A stretch of DNA of 64,000 bases from an uncultured Solirubrobacteraceae bacterium (GTDB lineage Bacteria; Actinomycetota; Thermoleophilia; Solirubrobacterales; Solirubrobacteraceae), in the NCBI GenBank assembly GCA_963809525.1, contig CAWEJY010000010.1, forward strand, positions 90,180 to 154,179, in the 5' to 3' direction. Of the stretch, positions 45,418-54,250 are shown one piece after another; position 1 is the stretch's first letter, and the number at the start of each line of letters is the position of its first letter. Position numbers and translations under genes: made by a program. Under the pieces are notes generated by a model. That model saw only the letters and a list, made by a program, of their open reading frames with translations. It was not told the DNA's origin and ran no database searches.

Positions 45418-46458
45418 ATGCGTTCCCACCCTATGCCCATCGTTACAGACCCGTCCGCTCTCGCCCCTACGGTTCCGGCCGTGCTCGTACGCGACCTCAC
45501 CGACGGCATGGAGGTGGACCAGGTGCTCCTGGTGCGCGCCGCCGAGGTGCGCACGAAGGCCGACGGCGCACCGTACCTGCGGCTCACGCTCGGGGATCGC
45601 ACCGGCGCCGCCGTCGCGATGGTCTGGGACGACGTGCAGCGCCTGCGCGAGGTCTGCACGCAGGGAACGCCACTGCACGTGCGCGCGGGTTACGAGCGCC
45701 ACCCGAAGTACGGCCCCCAGTTCCGCCTGCGCGGCCTGGGCCCGGCGCAGCCCGGCACCTACGACCTCGCCGAACTGCTCGACGGCCCTCCGCGCACCGC
45801 CGAGGCGATGGAATCCGATCTGCGCGAGCTGGTCTCGACGATCCAGGACGACCACCTGCGCACGCTGCTGGACCGGGTCCTGGGCCCGAACACGGAGACG
45901 TGGGCGCTCTACCGCCGCGCCCCCGCGGCCAAGCACTACCACCAGGCCTACGAGCACGGGCTGCTCGAGCATTCGCTGTCGGTCGCGCAGGCCGTGAGCG
46001 CCACGAGCGCGACCTTCCCCGGGATCGACCGCGACGTCGCCGTGACCGGGGCGCTGCTGCACGACATCGGCAAGCTCGAGGCGTACACGACGGACCCGAG
46101 CGCGATCGACCTGACCGACGCCGGGCGCCTGCAGGGAGAGATCCCGCTGGGCTACTACCGGATCCGGCGCGAGATCGAGGACATCCCCGGCTTCCCGGCC
46201 GAGCTCGCACAGGCGGTCGGGCACATCATCCTCAGCCACCACGGCTCGCTCGAGCACGGCAGCCCGGTCGTCCCCGCGACCCGCGAGGCCACGCTCGTTC
46301 ACATGATCGACAATCTCGGCGGCCGGCTGGGGAGCTTCGACCGGCTGGAGAAGGAACTGCCGCCGGGCGCCGTCTGGTCCTCGTTCGACCGGGCGATCGG
46401 CGGCGGGGCGTACTTCGGCGCGCAGGCACAGGCCGGCGCCGAGCGCGCAGCCGCGTAG
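45418..46458 (+). CDS. OB-fold + HD-domain phosphohydrolase (YhaM/Cbf1-like 3'-5' exoribonuclease family)
   Basis: N-terminal OB segment (YLRLTLGDRTGAAVAMVWDD). HD motifs HHQAYEHGLLEHS and LLHDIGK. Confidence 0.7.
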   Translation: MRSHPMPIVTDPSALAPTVPAVLVRDLTDGMEVDQVLLVRAAEVRTKADGAPYLRLTLGDRTGAAVAMVWDDVQRLREVCTQGTPLHVRAGYERHPKYGPQFRLRGLGPAQPGTYDLAELLDGPPRTAEAMESDLRELVSTIQDDHLRTLLDRVLGPNTETWALYRRAPAAKHYHQAYEHGLLEHSLSVAQAVSATSATFPGIDRDVAVTGALLHDIGKLEAYTTDPSAIDLTDAGRLQGEIPLGYYRIRREIEDIPGFPAELAQAVGHIILSHHGSLEHGSPVVPATREATLVHMIDNLGGRLGSFDRLEKELPPGAVWSSFDRAIGGGAYFGAQAQAGAERAAA

Positions 46459-46561
46459 CAGCCCCGATCGTCGCCTTCGCGGGCGAAAGTGCGCAAAGAC
46501 CGGCCGCAAAGCGCGCAGCGCCGCCCCCTCGCGGGCGGCGCCCGTCTAAGGTGGAGCGCCG

Positions 46562-48649
46562 ATGGCGAAGGACACCGAGAAGCTCATCCGCCAGCTGTCG
46601 CTGATCTCGTACCTGATGGCCGAACGCCGGCCCGTCACGGCACTCGAGATCCGGCGCGACGTCGAGGGCTACAGCGGCATGAACGAGGACGCATTCGCGC
46701 GCCGGTTCTATGCCGACCGCGCGGAGCTCGACTCGCTCGGCATCCAGCTGACCGTCGACCGCCCCGCCGACGGCGCAGCCGAGCAGGAGAACTACTCGCT
46801 GCGGCCGGAGAACTTCCACCTCCCGGCGATCGAGTTCACCGACGAGGAGCTCGCCTCGCTGCAGTTCGCGCTGAACCTGCTCGATGGCGAGTTCGCCTAC
46901 GCCGAGCCGCTGCGGCTCGCCCTCCAGCAGATCAGCTGGGGGCGCCCGAGCCCGCTGGGCGCACCGGACCAGGGCTCGCTCGCGCTCGGCATCACCGCAT
47001 CGGCCGGCGGGCACGAGCTCTCGCAGCGCCTGGCGAAGGTCGAGACGGCCATCTTCCGCCAGAAGACGATCACGTTCGACTACTACACGATGGAGCGCGA
47101 CGAGACCGGGGCGCGCAAGGTCGATCCCTACCACCTGCTCTTCCGCGGCGGCCAGTTCTACCTCCTGGGCCATTCGCACGAGCGCCAGGACATCCGCGTC
47201 TTCCGCCTCTCGCGCATCCGCGGGAAGGTCGCCTACGCGACGAAGGCCGAGCACGACTTCAAGCGCGATGCGACGTTCGACCCGCGCTCGTACGCCTCGC
47301 GCGCCGAATGGCAGTTCGGCGAGGAGGCCGGCATCGCCGAGGTCTGGGTCTCCGACCGGCTGGCCTGGCAGGTCGAGCGCCACTTCGGCCGCTTCGGCGA
47401 GGTGCGCCCGGCCGACGCGGGCGACGCGCCCGGCGACATCGTCATCGCGACGCCATACGCGTCGGCCCGCCAGCTCGTCTCCTGGGTGCTGGGCCTCGGC
47501 GAGCATGCGCGCATCGTGGGCCCGCCGGAGCTCGTCGCCGAGGCGGAGGAGCGCATCGCGCTGATCGAGCGCCGCCACGACGGAGAGCCGGACCTCGCCG
47601 ACCCCGCGCGCGCGACGGCGAACGGCCGGCTGCGGCCCGGCGAGGCGGCCGAGGAGGCGCCCGAGGGGCGCGGGCGCCGCGACGCCGCGATCCGCCCAGA
47701 GCGCTTCGCCCGCCTTGTGACGCTCGCCTCGATCCTGATTCACGCCGGCCGCGCCGGCGAGCGCATCCGCGTCGCCGACGTGTGCGAGCGCGTGCAGGTC
47801 ACCGAGCCCGAGCTGCGCGAGGACATCGACGTCCTCAACGTCGTGAACTTCGGCGGCGGTTCGTACGTCCTCTACGCGGAGATCCACGACGACGGCACGA
47901 TCGAGGTCGACCCCGAGCCCTACTCGGACAACTTCGACCGCCCGGCCCGCCTGCTGCCCGTCGAGGCCAAGGCGCTCGTCGCCGCGATCGACCTGATCGG
48001 CGACCACCTGCCCGAGGGCGCGCTGACCAGCGCGCGCGAGAAGATCGTGCAGGCGCTCGGCGCCGACCCGCTCGAGCAGGGCCTGCAGGTGGCCGACGCC
48101 GGCGCGGACGACTCGAGGATCGCCCGCGTCGTCTCGCGCGCGATCGCCGACCGCAAGCTCGTCAAGCTGGACTACTACAAGCCCAACGAGGATGAGTTCA
48201 CCGAGCGGATCGTCGAGCCCTACGCGCTCGTCAACGGCCAGGAGGGCTGGTACGTCGGCACCTTCGACCCCGAGAAGGACGACGTGCGCCACTTCCGCCT
48301 GGATCGGGTGCGTCACGCGGAGGTCATGAAGCAGCGCTTCGAGCCGCGGCCCGAGGTCGACCCCGCCGCCGACGTCGAGGGTTGGCCGAAGACCGGCGAG
48401 CTTCCGGCCTCACGCACCGCGCGCCTGTGGATCTCGCCCGAGCGCGCACGCTGGGCGCGCGAGGAGCGCCCGGTCGCGCAGGAGCTCGCCGACGGCTCGC
48501 TGATCGTCGAGCTGAGCTTCGCCGGCGAGGACTGGCTCGTGCGCGAGGTGCTCAAGGAGGCCGGCGACGCCGCCGTCCTCGAGCCAGAGGACGCGCGCGC
48601 GGCCGTGCTCGCCGCCGTGCGCCGGCTGCACCACGGCGCCCGCGCGTAG
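46562..48649 (+). CDS. pafBC: Fused PafB-PafC-like transcriptional regulator (two tandem wHTH-WYL-WCX modules)
   Basis: 695 aa. Module 1 has the HTH LIRQLSLISYLMAERRPVTALEI and the WYL-type segment DPYHLLFRGGQFYLLGH...RVFRLSRI. Module 2 has the HTH RLVTLASILIHAG and the WYL segment EPYALVNGQEGWYVGTF...RHFRLDRV. Confidence 0.75.
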   Translation: MAKDTEKLIRQLSLISYLMAERRPVTALEIRRDVEGYSGMNEDAFARRFYADRAELDSLGIQLTVDRPADGAAEQENYSLRPENFHLPAIEFTDEELASLQFALNLLDGEFAYAEPLRLALQQISWGRPSPLGAPDQGSLALGITASAGGHELSQRLAKVETAIFRQKTITFDYYTMERDETGARKVDPYHLLFRGGQFYLLGHSHERQDIRVFRLSRIRGKVAYATKAEHDFKRDATFDPRSYASRAEWQFGEEAGIAEVWVSDRLAWQVERHFGRFGEVRPADAGDAPGDIVIATPYASARQLVSWVLGLGEHARIVGPPELVAEAEERIALIERRHDGEPDLADPARATANGRLRPGEAAEEAPEGRGRRDAAIRPERFARLVTLASILIHAGRAGERIRVADVCERVQVTEPELREDIDVLNVVNFGGGSYVLYAEIHDDGTIEVDPEPYSDNFDRPARLLPVEAKALVAAIDLIGDHLPEGALTSAREKIVQALGADPLEQGLQVADAGADDSRIARVVSRAIADRKLVKLDYYKPNEDEFTERIVEPYALVNGQEGWYVGTFDPEKDDVRHFRLDRVRHAEVMKQRFEPRPEVDPAADVEGWPKTGELPASRTARLWISPERARWAREERPVAQELADGSLIVELSFAGEDWLVREVLKEAGDAAVLEPEDARAAVLAAVRRLHHGARA

Positions 48650-48869
48650 CGCTCCTGGCGAATCCCGCTCAGTCCTGGGCAGCCTGAGCGCTGCCGGGCT
48701 GGCGAGGGGCGAGCGTCGTTCTCGACAGCGCCGGGTGGGTCGCGCGGTAACCGCGGCGGCGAGCGATCGGCGCGAGCGCGCCGAACATCACGAGCGATGC
48801 AACAGTTGACCCGCGGCGCGGTCGGGAGCAGACTCGTGCTGGCAGGGGATAACCCGCAGTCTGGAGGCC

Positions 48870-49475
48870 GTGATGTCCTGGAAGCTGGACGGCTCGTATT
48901 TCGAGACATGCTCCTGCGATGTGGTATGTCCGTGCACCGCGTCATTGGCGTATGGCGCAACCCATGACCGCTGCAAGGTGACGCTCGTCTTTCACGTTGC
49001 CGATGGCGAGATCGAGGGGACCGACGTCAGTGGTCTCACGGTCGCTGCGGTCGCCGACACGCCGAAGGTCATGACTGATGGCGGTTGGCGGCTTGGCGTG
49101 TTCATCGACGCGGCTGCGTCCGATGAGCAGACCGACCGCCTCGGGGCGGTCTTCTCGGGTGCGCTCGGGGGACCGATGGAGGCCCTCGGCCCCCTGATCG
49201 GCGAGAGCCTCGGTGTCCAGCGCGCTCCGATCGACGTTCGCGAGGACGGGCTCCTGCACGCGATCCGGATCGGCGACGCGGTGGACTTCGAGATCGAGGA
49301 CATCGTGCCGTTCGGCGTCGAGTCGGGCGAGCCCGCGAAGCTGACCGGGATCTTCCACCCGGCGGGGCCGGACCTGACGGTCGCACACGCAACGCGCTCG
49401 AAGATCGACGCCTTCGGCATCTCCTACGAGGGGAACGCTGCGTTCAGCAGGTCGCAGTTCTCCTGGGCGGCCTGA
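48870..49475 (+). CDS. DUF1326 domain protein
   Basis: N-terminal ETCSCDVVCPC Cys cluster typical of DUF1326. Followed by its usual DUF2182 partner. GTG 48870 or ATG 48873 as start. Confidence 0.7.
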   Translation: MMSWKLDGSYFETCSCDVVCPCTASLAYGATHDRCKVTLVFHVADGEIEGTDVSGLTVAAVADTPKVMTDGGWRLGVFIDAAASDEQTDRLGAVFSGALGGPMEALGPLIGESLGVQRAPIDVREDGLLHAIRIGDAVDFEIEDIVPFGVESGEPAKLTGIFHPAGPDLTVAHATRSKIDAFGISYEGNAAFSRSQFSWAA

Positions 49476-49477
49476 CG

Positions 49478-50332
49478 ATGACCGCGGCGCGGTCTCCGTC
49501 GCTTGCTGACAGCCGGCCGAGCGCCGCCCGCAGCGAGCTCAGCGCGGCGTTCTTGGCGGCGCGCACGCGGTTGGCGCTGATCGCGCTGCTCGTCGCGCTC
49601 GCGGGCGTCGCGTGGTGGTCGACCGCCGCTCGCATGACCGGGATGGACGCGGGCCCGGGAACCGACCTCGGCACGCTGATGTGGTTCCTCGGGGCATGGG
49701 TCGTGATGATGGCGGCGATGATGTTCCCGTCGGTCGCGCCGACGGTGGCCCTGTACTCCCGCATGACGCGGCGAAGCGGCCTCGTCCGCCCACTCGTCTT
49801 CACGGGCGCATATCTTGCTGTCTGGAGTGCCGCAGGCGTCGTCGCCTATGGCATCTTCCGGGTCGGCCGCGACGTGCTCGGCGACGAGCTGGCCTGGGAG
49901 CGTGGTGGTCGCTGGTTCGCGGCCACAGTCCTGCTGGCGGCGGCGGCGTACGAGGTGACGCCCCTGAAGGACATGTGCCTCGCCAGGTGCCGCAGCCCGC
50001 TCGGGTTCCTCATCGGCTCCTGGCGCGACGGGACACGCGGCGCCATCGAGATGGGTGCCAGGCACGGCGCCTGGTGCCTGGGCTGCTGCTGGGCGCTGAT
50101 GGCCGCGCTCTTCGCGCTCGGAGTCATGAGCCTGACCTGGATGATCCTCGTCGCGGCGCTGATCGCGCTCGAGAAAGCGCTGCCGTGGCCGCGCGCCACG
50201 ACCTGGGGCGCGGCCCTGATCCTCGCAATCCTCGCCGTCTGGGTCGCCGCCGCACCCGGATCGCTCCCGGGACTGACGCTGCCCGGCGAACCGGCAGGAC
50301 AGGGGATGAACCAGATGCACGTCATGAAGTAG
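49478..50332 (+). CDS. DUF2182 family predicted metal-binding integral membrane protein
   Basis: Starts 2 nt after the upstream stop. Polytopic. Motifs MMAAMMFPS and CLARCRSPL...GAWCLGCCWALM. Confidence 0.65.
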   Translation: MTAARSPSLADSRPSAARSELSAAFLAARTRLALIALLVALAGVAWWSTAARMTGMDAGPGTDLGTLMWFLGAWVVMMAAMMFPSVAPTVALYSRMTRRSGLVRPLVFTGAYLAVWSAAGVVAYGIFRVGRDVLGDELAWERGGRWFAATVLLAAAAYEVTPLKDMCLARCRSPLGFLIGSWRDGTRGAIEMGARHGAWCLGCCWALMAALFALGVMSLTWMILVAALIALEKALPWPRATTWGAALILAILAVWVAAAPGSLPGLTLPGEPAGQGMNQMHVMK

Positions 50333-50446
50333 ACCGCCGTCGCGGCTCCAGGCGCCCCCGTCAGCGGCGACACTGCCCTGGTCGAGTTGAACACCACATG
50401 GATGACGAACTCGACCCGGGCGCACGGCGGGCTCGGGTGGCCGCGC

Positions 50447-51751
50447 TCAGTGCAGCAGGCTGACGGCGACGACCTGCGCCAGCACGAACACCTGCACGGC
50501 GATCGCCGCGGCGAGCAGCGGCCGGCTGCGCGAGATCGCCGCGAACGGCAGTGCCCAGATCGTGTACCAGGGCATGAGCCACGTCGTGGTGACCGTCAGT
50601 GCCAGCAACGCCCACCCGGCGCCCGCAACCCAGTCAGCCCCGAGCCGGACGCGCACGAGCAGGAAGCAGACCGCGGCCACGAGCGCCAGCTGCAGCGTGA
50701 AGCGCAGCCACGGCGCGAAGCTGTGCAGGCCCAGGGCGTCCCTGATCCCGTCCGGCACGCTGAAGTGCGAGACGTAGCGCTGCTGGGCGCTCAGGACCTC
50801 GGCAAAGCCGGTCGCATGCGATCCGAACGCGACCACGGCCGTCAGCGCGATCGCGGCCAGCGCGATCGCGGCACCGGCACATGCTCGCAGGCGCCGCTGC
50901 GCGCCCAGCAGGATGAACGGCAGCAGCACGAATGCGCTGATCTTCAGGCCCGCTGCGACGACGGCCCCGGCCGCCCCGGCGCCCTCGCGCCGCGTGAGGA
51001 CGAGCGCAACGCTCGCGACCATCACCAGGAGCATCAGCAGGTCGTTGTGCCCGCCGCCGACGGCGTAGAGCAGCAGGATCGGGTTGAGGCCGACGATCGC
51101 GGCCCCGCGGCGCGGGTCCTGCCCCGCCTGCTGCGCGAGGCGCCAGACGATCGCGACGATGCCCAGGCTCGCGCCGAACGCCACGGCCTTCAGCGCCCAC
51201 ACCGAGCCCGCGACGCCGAGCTGCACCAGCCCGTAGCTGAGCACCGTGAAGAGCGGGCCGTAGGGACTGAGCGAGTGGTGCCAGCCGACGAACCGGTAGG
51301 CGGCGTCGCCGGGCGCGGCGACGGCCGCGTGGGTGTACGGGTCGAGCCCGTGGAGGGCGCCCAGGCGCCCGAACGTCACGTAGCCGAACAGGTCCGCGCT
51401 GAGCAGCGGGGGAGCCAGCAGGAAGACGACGTTGAGCGCGATGATCGCGCCCAGCACGACCCGCGCGGGCAGCGCGTCGGCCGTGAACGTGGCCGTGAAC
51501 GCGCACAGCGCGAAGACCACGAACAGCGCGGCGAGCGCCGGGTATCCGGCCCGGGGGCCGAGGCCCGCGAACGGACCGGCGAGCCAGCCCGGGAACGCGT
51601 CCGGGGCGACGCGCACGAGGAAGGGCGTGCCGGCGGCCGCGGCGATCGCGATCGCGATCGCGACGGCGAGCGCCCCGGCCAGCGCACCCGCCGCGAGGAC
51701 GCCCCGCGGGCGGGCGAGGTCGCGGCGGTGGATGAGGGCGAGATCCGACAT
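50447..51751 (-). CDS. Polytopic membrane protein, GT87/DUF2029-like glycosyltransferase candidate
   Basis: Start set at ATG 51751. About 10-12 hydrophobic segments. Resemblance to polyprenol-phosphate-sugar-dependent transferases is from memory only. Confidence 0.45.
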   Translation of the reverse strand: MSDLALIHRRDLARPRGVLAAGALAGALAVAIAIAIAAAAGTPFLVRVAPDAFPGWLAGPFAGLGPRAGYPALAALFVVFALCAFTATFTADALPARVVLGAIIALNVVFLLAPPLLSADLFGYVTFGRLGALHGLDPYTHAAVAAPGDAAYRFVGWHHSLSPYGPLFTVLSYGLVQLGVAGSVWALKAVAFGASLGIVAIVWRLAQQAGQDPRRGAAIVGLNPILLLYAVGGGHNDLLMLLVMVASVALVLTRREGAGAAGAVVAAGLKISAFVLLPFILLGAQRRLRACAGAAIALAAIALTAVVAFGSHATGFAEVLSAQQRYVSHFSVPDGIRDALGLHSFAPWLRFTLQLALVAAVCFLLVRVRLGADWVAGAGWALLALTVTTTWLMPWYTIWALPFAAISRSRPLLAAAIAVQVFVLAQVVAVSLLH

Positions 51752-51785
51752 GGCCGACGACGGGCAACGATAGGGTCCGGCGCCG

Positions 51786-52277
51786 ATGAGCAGCCGCCGC
51801 GACCAGATCAGGATGACCCCGCACGAGGTGCTCGCGTTCCTCGATGAGAGCCGCACGGTCACGTGCGCCACGAACGGTCGCGAGGGCTGGCCGCACCTCA
51901 TGCCGCTGTGGTTCGTCGTGCGCGACAGCGGGCCACAGGGCACTGCGGAGCTGTGGGCCTGGACGTTCGCCAAGTCGCAGAAGACGAGGAACCTGGAGCG
52001 CGACCCGCGCGCGACGCTCCAGCTCGAGGCCGGGACGGAGTACCACCTGCTGCGCGGCGTGATGTTCGAGACCGACGTCGTCGTCCACCGCGACCCCGAG
52101 ACGGTCCTCGGCGTCGGGCTCGACGTCTTCCGCCGCTACGTCGGCGGCGCGGAGGGCGAGCTCGCCGACGAGGTCACGGCGATGGTCGCCAAGCAGGCGC
52201 AGAAGCGCGTCGCATTCCAGTTCATCGAACGCCGCCGCGCCAGCTGGGACCACCGCAAGCTCGGCGGCGTGTACTAG
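51786..52277 (+). CDS. Pyridoxamine 5'-phosphate oxidase (PPOX) family protein, possibly F420-dependent
   Basis: 163 aa. Segments LDESRTVTCATNGREGWPHLMPLWF and ...RDPRATLQLE. Confidence 0.6.
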   Translation: MSSRRDQIRMTPHEVLAFLDESRTVTCATNGREGWPHLMPLWFVVRDSGPQGTAELWAWTFAKSQKTRNLERDPRATLQLEAGTEYHLLRGVMFETDVVVHRDPETVLGVGLDVFRRYVGGAEGELADEVTAMVAKQAQKRVAFQFIERRRASWDHRKLGGVY

Positions 52278-52310
52278 CACGCCCGCCGCGGCCGTTACCC
52301 TCAGCCGCGC

Positions 52311-53384
52311 ATGGAACGCCTCAAGGGCCTGATCCTGTCGGGCGGCAAGGGCACGCGCCTGCGCCCGATCACCTTCACGAGCGCCAAGCAGCTCGTACCG
52401 GTCGCCAACCGCCCGGTGCTCTTCTACGGGATCGAGGCGATGGCGGCCGCGGGGATCGAGGAGATCGGCATCATCATCGCTCCGGAGACGGGCGACGAGA
52501 TCCGCGAGACCGCCGGCGACGGGTCGCGGTTCGGCGTGCGGATCACCTACATCGTGCAGGACGCGCCCGCCGGCCTGGCCCACGCCGTCCTCACCGCCGA
52601 GCCGTTCCTCGGCTCGGACCCGTTCGTCATGTACCTCGGCGACAACCTGCTGCAGGGCGGCATCACGGATCTGGTAGAGGCGTTTCGCGCCGGCGAGCCG
52701 GACGCGCTCATCCTGCTCACCCCCGTGCCCGACCCCGAGCACTACGGGGTCGCCGAGCTGCACGGGGGACGCGTCGTGCGCCTGCAGGAGAAACCACCGC
52801 AGCCGAAGACCGACCTCGCGCTCGTCGGCGTCTACATGTTCACGGCGGGCATCCACGACGCCGCGCGGGCGATCGAGCCCTCGGCGCGCGGCGAGCTGGA
52901 GATCACCGACGCGATCCAGCACCTCGTCGACACCGGCCGCCGCGTCGAGCCCCACGTCGTCCAGGGCTGGTGGAAGGACACCGGGCGCCTGGAGGACATG
53001 CTCGAGGCCAACCGCCTCGTCCTCGATCGCATCGAGCGCCGCGTCGACGGCACGCTGACGGAGTCCTCCTGCGAGGGCCGCGTGATCATCGAGGCCGGCG
53101 CGATCCTGGAGCGCTCGACCGTGCGCGGGCCCGCGATCATCGGGGCGAACGCGCGGTTGATCGACGCCTACATCGGCCCGTACACCGCGGTCGGCGACGG
53201 CTGCGTGATCCAGGACGCCGAGGTCGAGCACTCGATCCTGCTCGAGGGCAGCTCGGTCCGCGACCTCGGCGCGCGCATGGAGAGCTCGCTGCTGGGCAAG
53301 GACGTGGCGATCGCCCGCTCGCTGGGCCAGCCGAGGGCCTACCGCTTCCTCGTCGGCGACCAGTCCGAGATCGGGATCGCATGA
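52311..53384 (+). CDS. rmlA: Glucose-1-phosphate thymidylyltransferase (long form)
   Basis: GLILSGGKGTRLRPIT nucleotidyltransferase motif plus a C-terminal left-handed beta-helix region. Confidence 0.85.
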   Translation: MERLKGLILSGGKGTRLRPITFTSAKQLVPVANRPVLFYGIEAMAAAGIEEIGIIIAPETGDEIRETAGDGSRFGVRITYIVQDAPAGLAHAVLTAEPFLGSDPFVMYLGDNLLQGGITDLVEAFRAGEPDALILLTPVPDPEHYGVAELHGGRVVRLQEKPPQPKTDLALVGVYMFTAGIHDAARAIEPSARGELEITDAIQHLVDTGRRVEPHVVQGWWKDTGRLEDMLEANRLVLDRIERRVDGTLTESSCEGRVIIEAGAILERSTVRGPAIIGANARLIDAYIGPYTAVGDGCVIQDAEVEHSILLEGSSVRDLGARMESSLLGKDVAIARSLGQPRAYRFLVGDQSEIGIA

Positions 53385-54250
53385 GGCTGCTCGTCGTCGG
53401 CGCCGCCGGCATGCTCGGCCACGCACTCGTGCCGGTCGCCCGCGCCGCGGGCCACGAGGTGATCGAGCGCGACATCGACTCGATCGACATCACGGACGCC
53501 GCGGGCACCGCCGAGATCGTCGCCGCCGACGCACCGGATGCGGTCATCAACTGCGCCGCTTGGACCGATGTCGACGGCGCCGAGGAGCACGAGGACCGCG
53601 CGCTGCTGGTCAATGGCACGGGTGCCGGCAACCTCGCCGTCGCCGCCCGGCAGGCGGGCGCGCGCATCGTGCAGCTGTCCACCGACTACGTGTTCCCGGG
53701 CGACGGGCGCGAGCCGTACGTCGAGTCCGACCCGACCGGCCCGCGCAGCGCCTACGGGCGCACGAAGCTCGCCGGCGAGCTGGCCGTCGCCGCAGCCTCG
53801 CCTGACCATGTGATCGCCCGCACCGCCTGGCTCTACGGCGCGGGCGGGAAGAACTTCGTCGACACGATGCTCGCGCTCGCCGCGACGCGCGAGGAGGTCC
53901 GCGTCGTCGACGACCAGGTCGGCTGCCCGACATGGACCGGCCATCTGGCACCGGCGCTGCTCGAGCTCACCGCCGGCGGCGCCACCGGCGTCTTCCACGC
54001 CGCCGGCGGCGGGCACTGCTCCTGGTTCGATCTCGCCCGCGAGGCCCTCGCCGCCACGGGCTCGGCATGCCGCGTCGAGCCCACGACGACGGACGAGTTC
54101 CCGCGCCCGGCGCCGCGGCCGGCGTTCAGCGTCATGGCGACCGAGCGCGGCGCGGACGCCGTCCACCTGCCCGGCTGGCGCGAGGGCCTCGCCGCCTTCC
54201 TCGCCGAGCGCACGGTATCCACCACCACGACCGCGGGAGGCCCGCGATGA
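53381..54250 (+). CDS. rmlD: dTDP-4-dehydrorhamnose reductase
   Basis: ATG 53381 overlaps the upstream stop (ATGA). Motifs VVGAAGMLG, STDYVF, YGRTK. Confidence 0.85.
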   Translation: MRLLVVGAAGMLGHALVPVARAAGHEVIERDIDSIDITDAAGTAEIVAADAPDAVINCAAWTDVDGAEEHEDRALLVNGTGAGNLAVAARQAGARIVQLSTDYVFPGDGREPYVESDPTGPRSAYGRTKLAGELAVAAASPDHVIARTAWLYGAGGKNFVDTMLALAATREEVRVVDDQVGCPTWTGHLAPALLELTAGGATGVFHAAGGGHCSWFDLAREALAATGSACRVEPTTTDEFPRPAPRPAFSVMATERGADAVHLPGWREGLAAFLAERTVSTTTTAGGPR

